A stretch of DNA of 64,000 nucleotides from Clostridia bacterium. GTDB taxonomy: Bacteria > Bacillota > Clostridia > Oscillospirales > CAG-272. Each line of letters begins with the position of its first letter. The first letter of the stretch is position 1. This document shows, one piece after another, positions 1-9,594 of the stretch. Made by a program: the position numbers and the translations under genes. The notes under the pieces were generated by a model. The model was not told where the DNA came from. It saw only the letters and a list, made by a program, of their open reading frames with translations, and did not search any database. The DNA lies in the NCBI GenBank assembly GCA_017482355.1, contig JAFUNJ010000001.1, positions 2,888 to 66,887 of the forward strand, written 5' to 3'.

Positions 1-1115
1 TGGACGTTGACGCCCTTGCTTTCGAGATCTTCCGCCCATCCGTCTATGAAATAGAAGCCGGGCTCGGAAATGCCTAAATAAATATCGGTAAGTCCCGAAT
101 CGTCAAAGCAATCTCCGATGTATTTGATCGTTGCGGGCACGGTAAGAGTTTTTAGCTTAGTGCAACCCTCAAACGCCCAATGCTCTATATCTGTTACACT
201 ATTGCCCAAAACGACGTTTTCAAGAGAGGAACAACCGGCAAACGTCCAGCTATCTATTATTTCAACGCCGTTTCCGATCGTTACGCTTTCAAGCTCGTTT
301 TGGTTTTTGAAGGCACTGTGTCCGATGGCTTTGATCGTATCGGGGATCATAACTGAAGTGATCTTGCAGGTATCACTTACAAAAGCATTTTCGCAGATTT
401 CCTCAACGGGAAGTCCCTTATACTCCGACGGGATCGTAATGTCGCCGCCGCTGAATGCAGGTCCGATGCCGACGATTTGATACGCCGTGTTTGTGAAATT
501 TGTTCTGTAGATCAGCTCCGCTTCATGACCGCACACGTCACAAATACCGTTGTAATCCTTGTCTGTATGATCGGATTTTTTTAGGACTGACGTAGTATGA
601 CCGCACGTTAAGTCGCGCCAATGCTGTGTATCATCATACAGATACTCGCCCAAGGTGTGCTCGTGCTCAACCAGCCCTTTGGGAATGGCAATATGCGAAA
701 ACTCATTAAGACCTTTTGCCCAGCAGAAAAGAATACGGCCGTAGGTCAATGTGTCGTACATTACAGATAACGAAGGTCCGCTTTCGCTGTTGAAATATTC
801 TGCCTGTTCCGCGGTACCGAAGATCTCGATTAAGCCGACCCAATCGTTTCCGTCAATTTCTTTTGTGATCAGATATACGGCTTCCCACTTGAAATCTTCA
901 ATACCTGATTTTTCAGCCCAATATTCAGAGCGCTCTGCATTTTCTTCATCGGAATATGCTTCTTTTACCGTCCATCCCGCATCAACAAAGTCGCATAAAA
1001 TATCAGGCAGATTTTCCTCGTATATTTCGTACTCTGATTTGCCCTTGTTGCCGCACGAGGCAAGTAACGACAGGCACATAATGATGCAAATTGAAATCGC
1101 AAATAATTTCTTCAT
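1..1115 (-). CDS. BspA-type leucine-rich-repeat lipoprotein (3' end runs off the window)
   Basis: Not in the ORF track because it is truncated. ATG at 1115 reads MKKLFAISICIIMCLSLLASCG (lipobox), then a His/Cys segment (QHWRDLTCGH, GICDVCGH), then LRR_5-type repeats (SVMIPDTIKAIGHSAF, VTIGNGVEIIDSWTFAGCSSLENVVLGNSVTDIEHWAFEGC). Confidence 0.8.
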   Translation of the reverse strand, partial: MKKLFAISICIIMCLSLLASCGNKGKSEYEIYEENLPDILCDFVDAGWTVKEAYSDEENAERSEYWAEKSGIEDFKWEAVYLITKEIDGNDWVGLIEIFGTAEQAEYFNSESGPSLSVMYDTLTYGRILFCWAKGLNEFSHIAIPKGLVEHEHTLGEYLYDDTQHWRDLTCGHTTSVLKKSDHTDKDYNGICDVCGHEAELIYRTNFTNTAYQIVGIGPAFSGGDITIPSEYKGLPVEEICENAFVSDTCKITSVMIPDTIKAIGHSAFKNQNELESVTIGNGVEIIDSWTFAGCSSLENVVLGNSVTDIEHWAFEGCTKLKTLTVPATIKYIGDCFDDSGLTDIYLGISEPGFYFIDGWAEDLESKGVNV

Positions 1116-1128
1116 GGCGTTTCCTCCA

Positions 1129-1551
1129 TTATTTGGTAAGCTCCTTTAATGGCTTTAGCATTTTTGTGTCAAAGGTCTCGTAGGTCAGATCACCGTAGTA
1201 TCCCGTATTAAGCCAGCGGTGCTCACCGAAAATGCTGAAGAACATCCAAAGGACAGGGTTGAACTTATTTTCCTTGCTTGCCGCTTTGGCGTCTTTATCG
1301 GTAAAATATCTCGTGACGTAGAGATATTTATCTTCGGGATCGTCGGGGTCTGTTATCTTGATATGGCAGGATTGGTTAAGATCGTAATATATCGGATCAT
1401 CATGATTATGAAATTCCACTTCATATCCTGCGTCCTCATATGCTTCTATAATATCCTCGCAGGATATTTTTTTCGGTTCTGACTTACCGCAAGACGTGAA
1501 CGACAAGCAGAGCGAGAGCAGTAAAACTATTGATATTATCTTTTTCATCAT
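1129..1551 (-). CDS. hypothetical lipoprotein
   Basis: Signal peptide with lipobox FTSC; overlaps the upstream gene by 4 nt. Confidence 0.7.
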   Translation of the reverse strand: MMKKIISIVLLLSLCLSFTSCGKSEPKKISCEDIIEAYEDAGYEVEFHNHDDPIYYDLNQSCHIKITDPDDPEDKYLYVTRYFTDKDAKAASKENKFNPVLWMFFSIFGEHRWLNTGYYGDLTYETFDTKMLKPLKELTK

Positions 1552-2456
1552 AATCCACCGCTTATTTCAGTTGTAATAACAATATCCTCACAGGGCATAA
1601 CGAATTCATACACCCATCGGTCGTACTCGGCTTCACGAGGGCGGATCTCCGTTCCGTTTACGGTAAATTTCAGATCCGCATCAATGAGCTTTCGCGTTTT
1701 TATTTGGTATATTATGCCCGAAACGCCCTCTTCGGGGCGGTCAATGATATAATGATCCGCGTCGGTATCTTCGATCGTGATATTATAGATATTCATATCG
1801 CCGATAAAATCGGAAAGATCTGTGCTTCCGCAATGCACGCAGGTATATTCCGTGATCGTCTCGTCACTGCCTGCTATTTTATACTCGATCCCTTCGTCGT
1901 AGGTATGCTCGGCGGCACAAACGTTGTATTCTGCATTTGCCCGGATTCCGCTGTAAATGCATATTCTCGTATTATATTCAAAGCCCTTGTACTTAAGCTG
2001 TCCGTATTCATATAGAACGGAGATCTCAACGGGTGACGCTAAGAGGTCTTCTGTTCTGCCCTTGAGCCGATCCTCGGTCGAGAAGATGAACTCGTGCTTG
2101 TCGAGGGAAACGTCGTAACCGTCCTTGATCGGAGCTATTACGGATGCGCGGAAAAAGTTGTTATAATGAAAGCCGACGGAATACCCGAGGTAATAAATGT
2201 CGTTTCTTTCGCGCAGATATTTTACCAGGTCGCTTACGTATTGCTCATATTCGGCACGGTCGAGCCGCAGATACAATATGTTTCCGTTTTCAATTACGGA
2301 GTTATCTACGTTAGGCGGCAGGGGCATATCGGTAAGCTTATTTTTGCTCAGAAGCTCATTTGAAAAAAACTCATTTTCTTTATAAGAACTTCTGCATGAG
2401 GAAAGAGTGCATATACACAATACTGCTATTAAGACACAAGCCAACAATCTTTTCAT
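1548..2456 (-). CDS. hypothetical lipoprotein
   Basis: Lipobox LSSC; contains an H...YTCVHCG motif; C-terminus resembles a small beta-repeat domain (YEFVMPCEDIVITT). Confidence 0.7.
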   Translation of the reverse strand: MKRLLACVLIAVLCICTLSSCRSSYKENEFFSNELLSKNKLTDMPLPPNVDNSVIENGNILYLRLDRAEYEQYVSDLVKYLRERNDIYYLGYSVGFHYNNFFRASVIAPIKDGYDVSLDKHEFIFSTEDRLKGRTEDLLASPVEISVLYEYGQLKYKGFEYNTRICIYSGIRANAEYNVCAAEHTYDEGIEYKIAGSDETITEYTCVHCGSTDLSDFIGDMNIYNITIEDTDADHYIIDRPEEGVSGIIYQIKTRKLIDADLKFTVNGTEIRPREAEYDRWVYEFVMPCEDIVITTEISGGL

Positions 2457-2483
2457 TTGCTTGCCCTCCCTATGCGGTATTAT

Positions 2484-3308
2484 TTACGCCTTGGTAACAG
2501 CTTCTTCCTTTATCTTCTGGTATTCTTCAAGTATATCGTCGAAGCAGGTATAGCCGAACTTCTTATGCACTTTATCGACCTGCCACTGCTTGATATTTTC
2601 GGTATGCGGATAGGGAAGATAGAAAAGACGCTTTGAGAAGTGGCGAATGACTGTTTTCTTATATAAGAACTTCTGGTCGTTGAAGATATGCGGAAGCATC
2701 TTCTTTCTCGTCGTTGAACGGATAAGTGCGGACTGATCTGCAAAGGGAAGCTTCTTTGTGCGGATCAGCTCGCGCGCCTTTTCGAATATGCCCGTTTCAC
2801 GGCAACGCTTCATGTTGAAAAGCAACACGCCTGCGTTGATATAATTGGGATTGATCAGAAAATGTCCGTAATGGTCGCGCGCGGCGGCGTATTCCACATC
2901 CGACACGTCCTTATCGTAAAGCAGTCCTATATCCTTGCACGCCATAACGTCGGCATCAAGATACAGAAGCTTATCAGGCATCGGATAAAGATCGGCAAGA
3001 AGGCGCAGAAGGGTGTACGGAGAGCAGTAGCAGCCCTCGTTTACGTTGCCCTTCAGGTGCTTTTCGTAGTTGTCGGTCACGTCGTAGAGAATGACATTCG
3101 ATTCGGGATTGTGACGGCGGAGAGCCGCTTCGATCAGATCGGCGTGATCCTGAGTCATCGGCGTATAATTCGGTGACACGCGGGTGAGCTCCATCGTGAA
3201 AATATGTACAGTCAAGGGACGCTGTCTCTCAAGACGGCGCACTATAGAGAGCGATGCGGTCAGAACACCGTCAAACACCTTGTCGTTACCTGAAAACAAA
3301 ATATCCAT
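2484..3308 (-). CDS. glycosyltransferase family 8
   Basis: LLRLL, LYLDAD (DxD), YINAGVLLFN, DQSAL and IRHF motifs typical of GT8. Confidence 0.85.
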   Translation of the reverse strand: MDILFSGNDKVFDGVLTASLSIVRRLERQRPLTVHIFTMELTRVSPNYTPMTQDHADLIEAALRRHNPESNVILYDVTDNYEKHLKGNVNEGCYCSPYTLLRLLADLYPMPDKLLYLDADVMACKDIGLLYDKDVSDVEYAAARDHYGHFLINPNYINAGVLLFNMKRCRETGIFEKARELIRTKKLPFADQSALIRSTTRKKMLPHIFNDQKFLYKKTVIRHFSKRLFYLPYPHTENIKQWQVDKVHKKFGYTCFDDILEEYQKIKEEAVTKA

Positions 3309-4102
3309 TATTCTTCCTCTTTCTTTACGTAGCGAATATATACGCAGTCGCTTTCCTTACTGCGCTTGACCATCGTTTCGTATATTTGGTCGCGCAGTGC
3401 CTGCGCTCTTGATTTCGGCGGCAAGCTCTGATCGGGATAGAACGGACCGTCGAGATAGGTCACGGTGCGCGGCTTTCTTCCGAAGCGGCGCTTGCGGTAG
3501 GTCGTTGTCATCGCAAAGCTCGGCGCGTCAAGCTCAACGGGGTATTTCATCGAGGTCGCGGGAAAGTCGCGAATTCCCGTATAGAAGGGCCAGATATGTG
3601 CCTCGGGGTAGATAACGACGAAATTTCCGTCCTTGATGCGCGTGTGAATGGCATCGCGGAAATTGCGCATCGCCTTCAGATTTGACGGCAGCGGCAGTGC
3701 GCCGAGGTATGGGGTAACTCTGCCTAAGCCGGGCATAGAGACGTTGTTCGGATGAACTATAACGTAAACGCTTTTCGGGCAGAGCGCGATATTCGGAATG
3801 AAGGGGTCGCCTATCTGCTGAGTGTGATTTCCGTAGACGAAGCAGCCCTGCTTCTTGACTTTTTTCAGCACCGCGCGGTTTTTGAATTTACCGTGCAGGG
3901 CGATCTTGCAGTATAGGTAAGCGATCGGCATCGCGATCAGTCGGTAGGAAACGAAACGCAAAAACCGCCATCTAAGGCGCTTGTCGACGTATACGTAATT
4001 TTCGTCGATCTCCTTTGCTACGATGTTGTCGTCTGCAAATTCGTCGTTTCTTTCGTCTTTATAATAAATTGTCTTTATCGGCTCGTATTCTTTGTTCTTC
4101 AT
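3308..4102 (-). CDS. PlsC-like lysophospholipid acyltransferase
   Basis: YGNHTQQIGD and IYPEAH acyltransferase motifs; translationally coupled to the GT8 gene. Confidence 0.8.
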   Translation of the reverse strand: MKNKEYEPIKTIYYKDERNDEFADDNIVAKEIDENYVYVDKRLRWRFLRFVSYRLIAMPIAYLYCKIALHGKFKNRAVLKKVKKQGCFVYGNHTQQIGDPFIPNIALCPKSVYVIVHPNNVSMPGLGRVTPYLGALPLPSNLKAMRNFRDAIHTRIKDGNFVVIYPEAHIWPFYTGIRDFPATSMKYPVELDAPSFAMTTTYRKRRFGRKPRTVTYLDGPFYPDQSLPPKSRAQALRDQIYETMVKRSKESDCVYIRYVKKEEE

Positions 4103-4299
4103 CTATCTCTCCGCGCCGTCATTGGGGCGCACTTATTTCATTATATCTATACTATTTTACCACTTTTTCTATCTCCTCTTCAATTGACATAATAACCAAA
4201 TTTCGACTTTGGCTTTTGTATTGCTCACGCGCTAAGAAAAAGTATCTGAAAATGCGCTCCTTTGATTGACTCGAATTTCTCAATTCTGAGAAATTCTTG

Positions 4300-4355
4300 T
4301 TGACATTTTTAAACTAAAATGATATCATTATATCAAGATATTATGATATCATAAT
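4300..4355 (+). promoter_or_regulatory. sigma-A promoter with overlapping palindromic operators for the R-M operon
   Basis: TTGACA (4300-4305), 17-bp spacer, TATCAT (4323-4328); ATGATATCAT palindrome at 4319-4328 and the perfect 16-bp palindrome ATTATGATATCATAAT at 4340-4355. Confidence 0.7.
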
Positions 4356-4367
4356 GGAGGTGGGATT

Positions 4368-4550
4368 GTGAATATATCGGATACTCCGACAAAGCAAAAA
4401 CTGTCTATTCCCTTACGACTGCCGCCCGATATCTATGAGCAAATGATGGAAGTCGTACAGAAGAAAAAGAAAAAAGAGCGCGGATATAGCGTTAATCAGT
4501 ATTTGACCGAAATACTCATGAGGGATTTGGAGGAGAAAAACAATGGCTAA
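4368..4550 (+). CDS. ribbon-helix-helix (Arc-like) DNA-binding protein, putative R-M controller
   Basis: GGAGG RBS and GTG start; IPLRLPPDIYEQM...SVNQYLTEIL is the Arc/RHH pattern; overlaps the methylase start. Confidence 0.7.
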   Translation: MNISDTPTKQKLSIPLRLPPDIYEQMMEVVQKKKKKERGYSVNQYLTEILMRDLEEKNNG

Positions 4551-6459
4551 AAAAGAAGTAAAAACAGATTTATGGGTTGCCCGTCAGCTCGACGACTGTA
4601 AAATAAAATATGATGCTCAAGGTAGCGACGTTAAGGAACTGAACGACGCATTGCAAAGCGCATCTAAAAAAGGCACAGGTAATGCCGGATATCCTGAATA
4701 TGTTGCGGTTATTAAGGATTTTGTGATAGTTATTGAGGATAAAGCCGATTTGTCCAAGCATGAGAAATTAACGGATAAAGGTATTATTTCGATCGAACAA
4801 AAGAGCATTGAAGATTTTGCGGTAAATGGAGCATATTTTTACGCGAAACACATTGCTCAAAACAGTTCCTTCGGAAAGGTATTCGCAATCGGTGTTTCAG
4901 GCAACGAAAAGCACCATAGAATTACTCCCCTTTACGTTGATGATCGTGAGGGATATAAAAAGCTTCCCGACATTGAATCCTTTACATCTTTTTCCGAAGA
5001 AAATATTGAGGAGTATTATACTCGATATGTGTTGAACGAAAAAACGGATGTAGAAAAGACCACGGAAGAAATTTTGAAAGACGCGGCGGAGCTTCACGAG
5101 TACTTGCGCACATATGGCTCGTTGAAAGACCAAGACAAGCCATTAGTAGTATCTGGCATTTTATTGGCATTAGATGATAAGTTTTTCAAGGTTGATGATT
5201 TACTTGGTGACGAAGATACAACGGATGGTTCGCTTATTTACGATGCAATAAAAAGGCGTTTGAAGGCATCTAATGTTGGACCCGATGCAAAGCGCGACAA
5301 GCTGATGAGTGAGTTTTCTATCATCAAAACAAGTGCCCGTCTAAACGAAGTTGATGCTCGTCTCGGAAAAACACCGCTGAAATTCTACACGGAATTTCTG
5401 AAGAAAAATATTTTTGATAGCATTAAATATCATAGCACGAGCGAAGATTTTATCGGTAGATTTTACGGTGAATTTATGAGTTATTCCGGCGGCGACGGAC
5501 AAACTCTCGGAATTATCTTAACTCCTCGTCATATTTGCGATTTGTTTTGCGATATTCTGAATGTTCAGGCAAATGATATCGTACTTGACCCTTGCTGCGG
5601 TACAGCGGGATTTCTCGTTGCTGCGATGCACCATATGCTTGAAAAAGCGGGAACCGATCAAACAAAACGCAAAAATATCAAGAAAAAACAGCTTCACGGT
5701 TTTGAACTTCAAAGTAATATGTTTGCTATTGCGGCAACTAATATGATTCTTCGTGATGATGGGAATAGCAATATTAAATGCGAGGACTTTTTGCGTCAAA
5801 ACCCGGCGGAAATACAGCTTAAAGGCGCAACGGTTGGCATGATGAATCCCCCGTATTCGCAAGGCACAAAGGCGGATCCTTCGCAATATGAGTTGTCCTT
5901 TGTTGAGCATTTATTGGATTCTTTGGCAGAAGGCGCGCGTGCCGCAGTTATTGTTCCGCAGTCTTCCATGACTGGAAAGACAAAAGATGAACAAGCTTTC
6001 AAAGAAAGCATTATGAAGTATCACACGTTGGAAGGTGTTATTACCTGTAATACAGATACGTTTTACGGAGTAGGAACTAACCCTGTTATTGCGGTATTCA
6101 CAGCACATGAACCTCATCCAGAAGAAAAACTTTGTAAGTTTATTGATTTTAGAGAGGATGGATTTGAGGTTAGAGCACATGTTGGACTTATAGAAGGTAA
6201 TTCAGCTAAAGACAAACGACAGCACTTGCTTGATGTTTGGAACGGACGTACAGAAGCACCGTCAAAATTCTGTGTTGAATCGACGGTAAAGTCTGACGAT
6301 GAATGGCTACATTCTTTTTACTACTTCAATGACGAAATTCCAACAGATGATGATTTTGAAAAATCAATTGGAGATTATCTGACCTTCGAATTCTCTATGA
6401 TAATGCAGAATAGGGAATATTTGTTCAAGGAAGGTGATGATAGTGAAGAAAATAAATGA
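4543..6459 (+). CDS. BcgI-like type IIB restriction-modification enzyme, fused endonuclease/N6-adenine methyltransferase subunit
   Basis: N-terminal PE...EDK nuclease motif (GYPEY...IVIEDK), motif I DPCCGTAGF, motif IV NPPY; size and layout match BcgIA. Confidence 0.85.
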   Translation: MAKKEVKTDLWVARQLDDCKIKYDAQGSDVKELNDALQSASKKGTGNAGYPEYVAVIKDFVIVIEDKADLSKHEKLTDKGIISIEQKSIEDFAVNGAYFYAKHIAQNSSFGKVFAIGVSGNEKHHRITPLYVDDREGYKKLPDIESFTSFSEENIEEYYTRYVLNEKTDVEKTTEEILKDAAELHEYLRTYGSLKDQDKPLVVSGILLALDDKFFKVDDLLGDEDTTDGSLIYDAIKRRLKASNVGPDAKRDKLMSEFSIIKTSARLNEVDARLGKTPLKFYTEFLKKNIFDSIKYHSTSEDFIGRFYGEFMSYSGGDGQTLGIILTPRHICDLFCDILNVQANDIVLDPCCGTAGFLVAAMHHMLEKAGTDQTKRKNIKKKQLHGFELQSNMFAIAATNMILRDDGNSNIKCEDFLRQNPAEIQLKGATVGMMNPPYSQGTKADPSQYELSFVEHLLDSLAEGARAAVIVPQSSMTGKTKDEQAFKESIMKYHTLEGVITCNTDTFYGVGTNPVIAVFTAHEPHPEEKLCKFIDFREDGFEVRAHVGLIEGNSAKDKRQHLLDVWNGRTEAPSKFCVESTVKSDDEWLHSFYYFNDEIPTDDDFEKSIGDYLTFEFSMIMQNREYLFKEGDDSEENK

Positions 6460-7504
6460 ATTAAAATGGGATGTTTTCACGCTTGAAAAAGAGTTCAATT
6501 GTACAAAAGGTATATACTTGCCAACAGAAACGGTTGTTGATGGTAATATTCCTTTCATAACCGCCAAAGCAGGTAACAACGGATTGAGTCGTTTTATCGG
6601 AAATAAGACTTTATTTGAGGGCAATTGTATCACAATTGAAAAAATAAAATTGAGTGCTTATTATCAGCCCGCAACATTTTATTGTTCACACGATGTCAGT
6701 GTAATCTCCAATGAAAAAATCAATGCACAAAATGCACATTTTATAACGGCCATGATTATGCGAAACGGAGAAAAGTATTCATATGGTCGTCAAGCGCAGT
6801 TAAATGTTGTTAAACGAGAAAAAACCATGTTGCCTGTTGAAGAAAACGGTAGTATCGACTATCAATATATGACTGACTATGTGACTGTATCTCGCAAGAC
6901 AATGTACGTCAAATATCGTTCGTTCGCAGAAAAACGCATTGAAGAAATCGGTGAGCATGTGCAATTATCACCGTTCGCCTCTCTTGATTGGCATCCGTTT
7001 TATATAACAAGCGTATTCACCAAAATTGAACGCGGAAAGCGATTGAAGAAAGCAGATCACATATCAGGAAATGTCCCCTATGTATCCTCTACTGCATTAA
7101 ACAACGGTGTTGACGGTTTTATACAAGCATCAAAAGGAACACGTGTTTTCAACGATTGCATAAGTCTTGCAAATAGCGGAAGCGTAGGTTCTGCGTTTTA
7201 CGAACCGTTTGAATTTGTTGCCAGTGATCACGTAACGCATTTGAAAACGGACGGATTTAATAAATGGATATACCTATTTCTTACGGTTGCGATAGAAAAG
7301 CAAAAAAGCAATTTTAATTTTAACCGTGAAATTAATGATTCGCGTGTCAGACAAATGAAGATAATGCTTCCCGTAGATTCTGAAAATAGACCGGATTTCA
7401 AGTATATGGAACAGTATGCTAAAAATATGATGCTCAAAAAATATAAGCAATATCTTGCATTTCTTGATGCAAAAGAAAATGACGATAGCGCACCGATTTC
7501 GTAG
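6434..7504 (+). CDS. restriction-modification specificity (S) subunit, BcgIB-like
   Basis: Two TRD-like halves (GNIPFITAKAGNNG / GNVPYVSSTALNNG; MLPV...DYQYM / MLPV...DFKYME); overlaps the RM gene; the true start may be GTG 6443. Confidence 0.85.
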   Translation: MMIVKKINELKWDVFTLEKEFNCTKGIYLPTETVVDGNIPFITAKAGNNGLSRFIGNKTLFEGNCITIEKIKLSAYYQPATFYCSHDVSVISNEKINAQNAHFITAMIMRNGEKYSYGRQAQLNVVKREKTMLPVEENGSIDYQYMTDYVTVSRKTMYVKYRSFAEKRIEEIGEHVQLSPFASLDWHPFYITSVFTKIERGKRLKKADHISGNVPYVSSTALNNGVDGFIQASKGTRVFNDCISLANSGSVGSAFYEPFEFVASDHVTHLKTDGFNKWIYLFLTVAIEKQKSNFNFNREINDSRVRQMKIMLPVDSENRPDFKYMEQYAKNMMLKKYKQYLAFLDAKENDDSAPIS

Positions 7505-7541
7505 GTAATTTCTAAAAGTTTTTTCTACTCTTACTACAAGT

Positions 7542-7568
7542 AAAAAGCCCCCGTTCGGGGGGCTTTTT
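7542..7568. terminator. bidirectional intrinsic terminator
   Basis: AAAAAGCCCCC-GTTCG-GGGGGCTTTTT between convergent genes. Confidence 0.8.
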
Positions 7569-7583
7569 ATATTATCTTCCAAA

Positions 7584-8573
7584 TCAAAGAATAGCGTTTC
7601 CTGCCTTTTCCATTTCCTCGAAGATGAACTTAACGGACGCACAAGCGTCGGGAAGGGTTGCCTTATCGGGCTTCTTGCCTGCGATGAGGCAATTTGCGAA
7701 GTACTCGAGCTCGTTGAAGTAGCCGCCGAGGTCGGAGATGTTACCGCCGCCCTGAACTGCGATCTCTCTCTTGTTGAGCTTGATGGGAGTAGCGGCTTCG
7801 TCGGTGTAGAGGGTGAAGCCCTGGTTGGTGTACTCCATAACTGCCTTTTCGAAGGTTACGCGGAACGCCATTTCAAACGGGAAGGACGCGGGAAGATCCC
7901 AAGTACCCTCGGAGGTAACTACGAATCCGTCGTAGTTAGCTATCGTCATAGTATAGGAGTTGCCCTCGCCGCCGTGCGAGATAACGGTATTGAAGTTATT
8001 AGGTCTGCCGAATACGTGGAGCATATAGTCGGTATCGTGAACGTGGAGGTCGAGCATAGCGCCGCGCGAGCGAGTGAGCTCGAGGTCCCAGTTTTCCCAT
8101 GTCCAGGTAGGACGGGGAGAGAGACGGCGGAATACAGCGTTGATTACCTTACCGTACTTGCCCGTGTCGATAGCGTCCTTGAGGCAAACGTACTCGTCCC
8201 AGAAACGAACGACCTGACCGACCTGAACGCCTGCGCCCGTTTCCTCCTGTGCCTTGAGGAGCGCGTCACACTCTGCGGGAGTGAAAGCGACGGGCTTCTC
8301 GATAAATACGTTCTTTACCTTCTTCATAGCGGCGATAGCGTGCTCGGTGTGAAGGAAGGTGGGGAGGCAGATGTCGATAGCATCAACGTCTGCGTTTGCG
8401 ATAAGCTCCATACCGGTGCTGTAGATCTCAGCGCCGGAGATCTTTGCAAGCTCCTCTGCCTTGTCGCGGCGGATGTCGGCAACTGCGGTTACCTGAACAC
8501 CGTCGATAATGTTGTACGAATTTGCGTGCATGGATCCCATGAATCCACAACCGATAAGACCAATTTTAATCAT
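7584..8573 (-). CDS. Gfo/Idh/MocA family oxidoreductase
   Basis: IGLIGCGFMG Rossmann motif, FIEKP, DLHVHDTD. Confidence 0.9.
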   Translation of the reverse strand: MIKIGLIGCGFMGSMHANSYNIIDGVQVTAVADIRRDKAEELAKISGAEIYSTGMELIANADVDAIDICLPTFLHTEHAIAAMKKVKNVFIEKPVAFTPAECDALLKAQEETGAGVQVGQVVRFWDEYVCLKDAIDTGKYGKVINAVFRRLSPRPTWTWENWDLELTRSRGAMLDLHVHDTDYMLHVFGRPNNFNTVISHGGEGNSYTMTIANYDGFVVTSEGTWDLPASFPFEMAFRVTFEKAVMEYTNQGFTLYTDEAATPIKLNKREIAVQGGGNISDLGGYFNELEYFANCLIAGKKPDKATLPDACASVKFIFEEMEKAGNAIL

Positions 8574-8575
8574 TT

Positions 8576-9415
8576 TTATTTCCTCCCTAAAATTTTATCA
8601 ATGGAATTTGAAGTATTATAGATTATCTGCTCGGAATGCTGCGCGTAAGCGGGGATCATTTCTCCCGTTACCCAGCCCTCGTAGCCGACGCTCTCAAGCG
8701 CCTTTACGACTGCGTCCCAGTTCACGTCGCCTGCGAGCAGGTCAACGAAGCCGTCGAGTGTGCCGACGTTTGTGCGGAACTCCTTGAAGTGTACCTTCTT
8801 GATTCTGCTTCCGAGTATCTTGATCCACTGCTCGGGATAACCCGTCAGCATTACGTTTCCTACGTCGAAGTAGGACTGTACCCAGGGGCTTTCGAAGCTG
8901 TCGATAAAGTCGCGCATCTCAAGCGGCGAGAGGAGGAACTTGTTCCATACGTTCTCAACGCCGATGACAACTCCGTACTTTTCAGCATCGGGGATAAGCG
9001 CCTTGATGCTTTCCTTTGCGAGCTCGTAAGCAACGTCGTAATCAACTACGCCGAAGTTAGGCGCGAAGGATGCCGAAACGCATCCGGGAACGATGAGGAT
9101 CGTGTCCGCGCCAAGGATAGATGCTACCTCGAGCTGACGGCGTACGAACTTCTTTGCTCTCTCTCTTTCCTCGGGATCGGGGGAGGTAAGCGAGTTGCCC
9201 CAAACGAGGTCGTTGCAGACGGAATAGATCTCAAGCCCGAGGTCATTTGCCGCCTTTTTGATCTTGAGGAGCTCTTCCTTGGTTACGTCAAGACCGAGCT
9301 CGCCCGTGTCGGAAATTGCGACCTCGATGCCCTCGAAGCCGGCATCGGCGGCAAGCTTGAACTTGTCGAGGAGCGTTCCGCTTGTGAAGCTCCAGATGTT
9401 AATGCCCTTTTTCAT
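8576..9415 (-). CDS. sugar phosphate isomerase/epimerase (xylose-isomerase-like TIM barrel)
   Basis: GFEGIE, GVENVWN, YFDVGN, VHFKEF metal-binding motifs. Confidence 0.85.
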   Translation of the reverse strand: MKKGINIWSFTSGTLLDKFKLAADAGFEGIEVAISDTGELGLDVTKEELLKIKKAANDLGLEIYSVCNDLVWGNSLTSPDPEERERAKKFVRRQLEVASILGADTILIVPGCVSASFAPNFGVVDYDVAYELAKESIKALIPDAEKYGVVIGVENVWNKFLLSPLEMRDFIDSFESPWVQSYFDVGNVMLTGYPEQWIKILGSRIKKVHFKEFRTNVGTLDGFVDLLAGDVNWDAVVKALESVGYEGWVTGEMIPAYAQHSEQIIYNTSNSIDKILGRK

Positions 9416-9594
9416 CTTCTTCTCCTTGTTTTAATAATTTTTTTGTGTCAACTGCTCAAAAAACGCATCTTATTTTCGTGCGGTTTTGACAAATTGACAA
9501 CTCTACGCTTTTATGATACACTATATTCGTGCAAATGTCTTTGAAGAATTATCCCTTATGTTTGCACAATCGTACCCGAAAGGAATGACTTAAT

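Noticed and set aside
4103-7570. R-M block as a defined mobile element
   Set aside because: No integrase, transposase or flanking direct repeats were found; only composition suggests acquisition.
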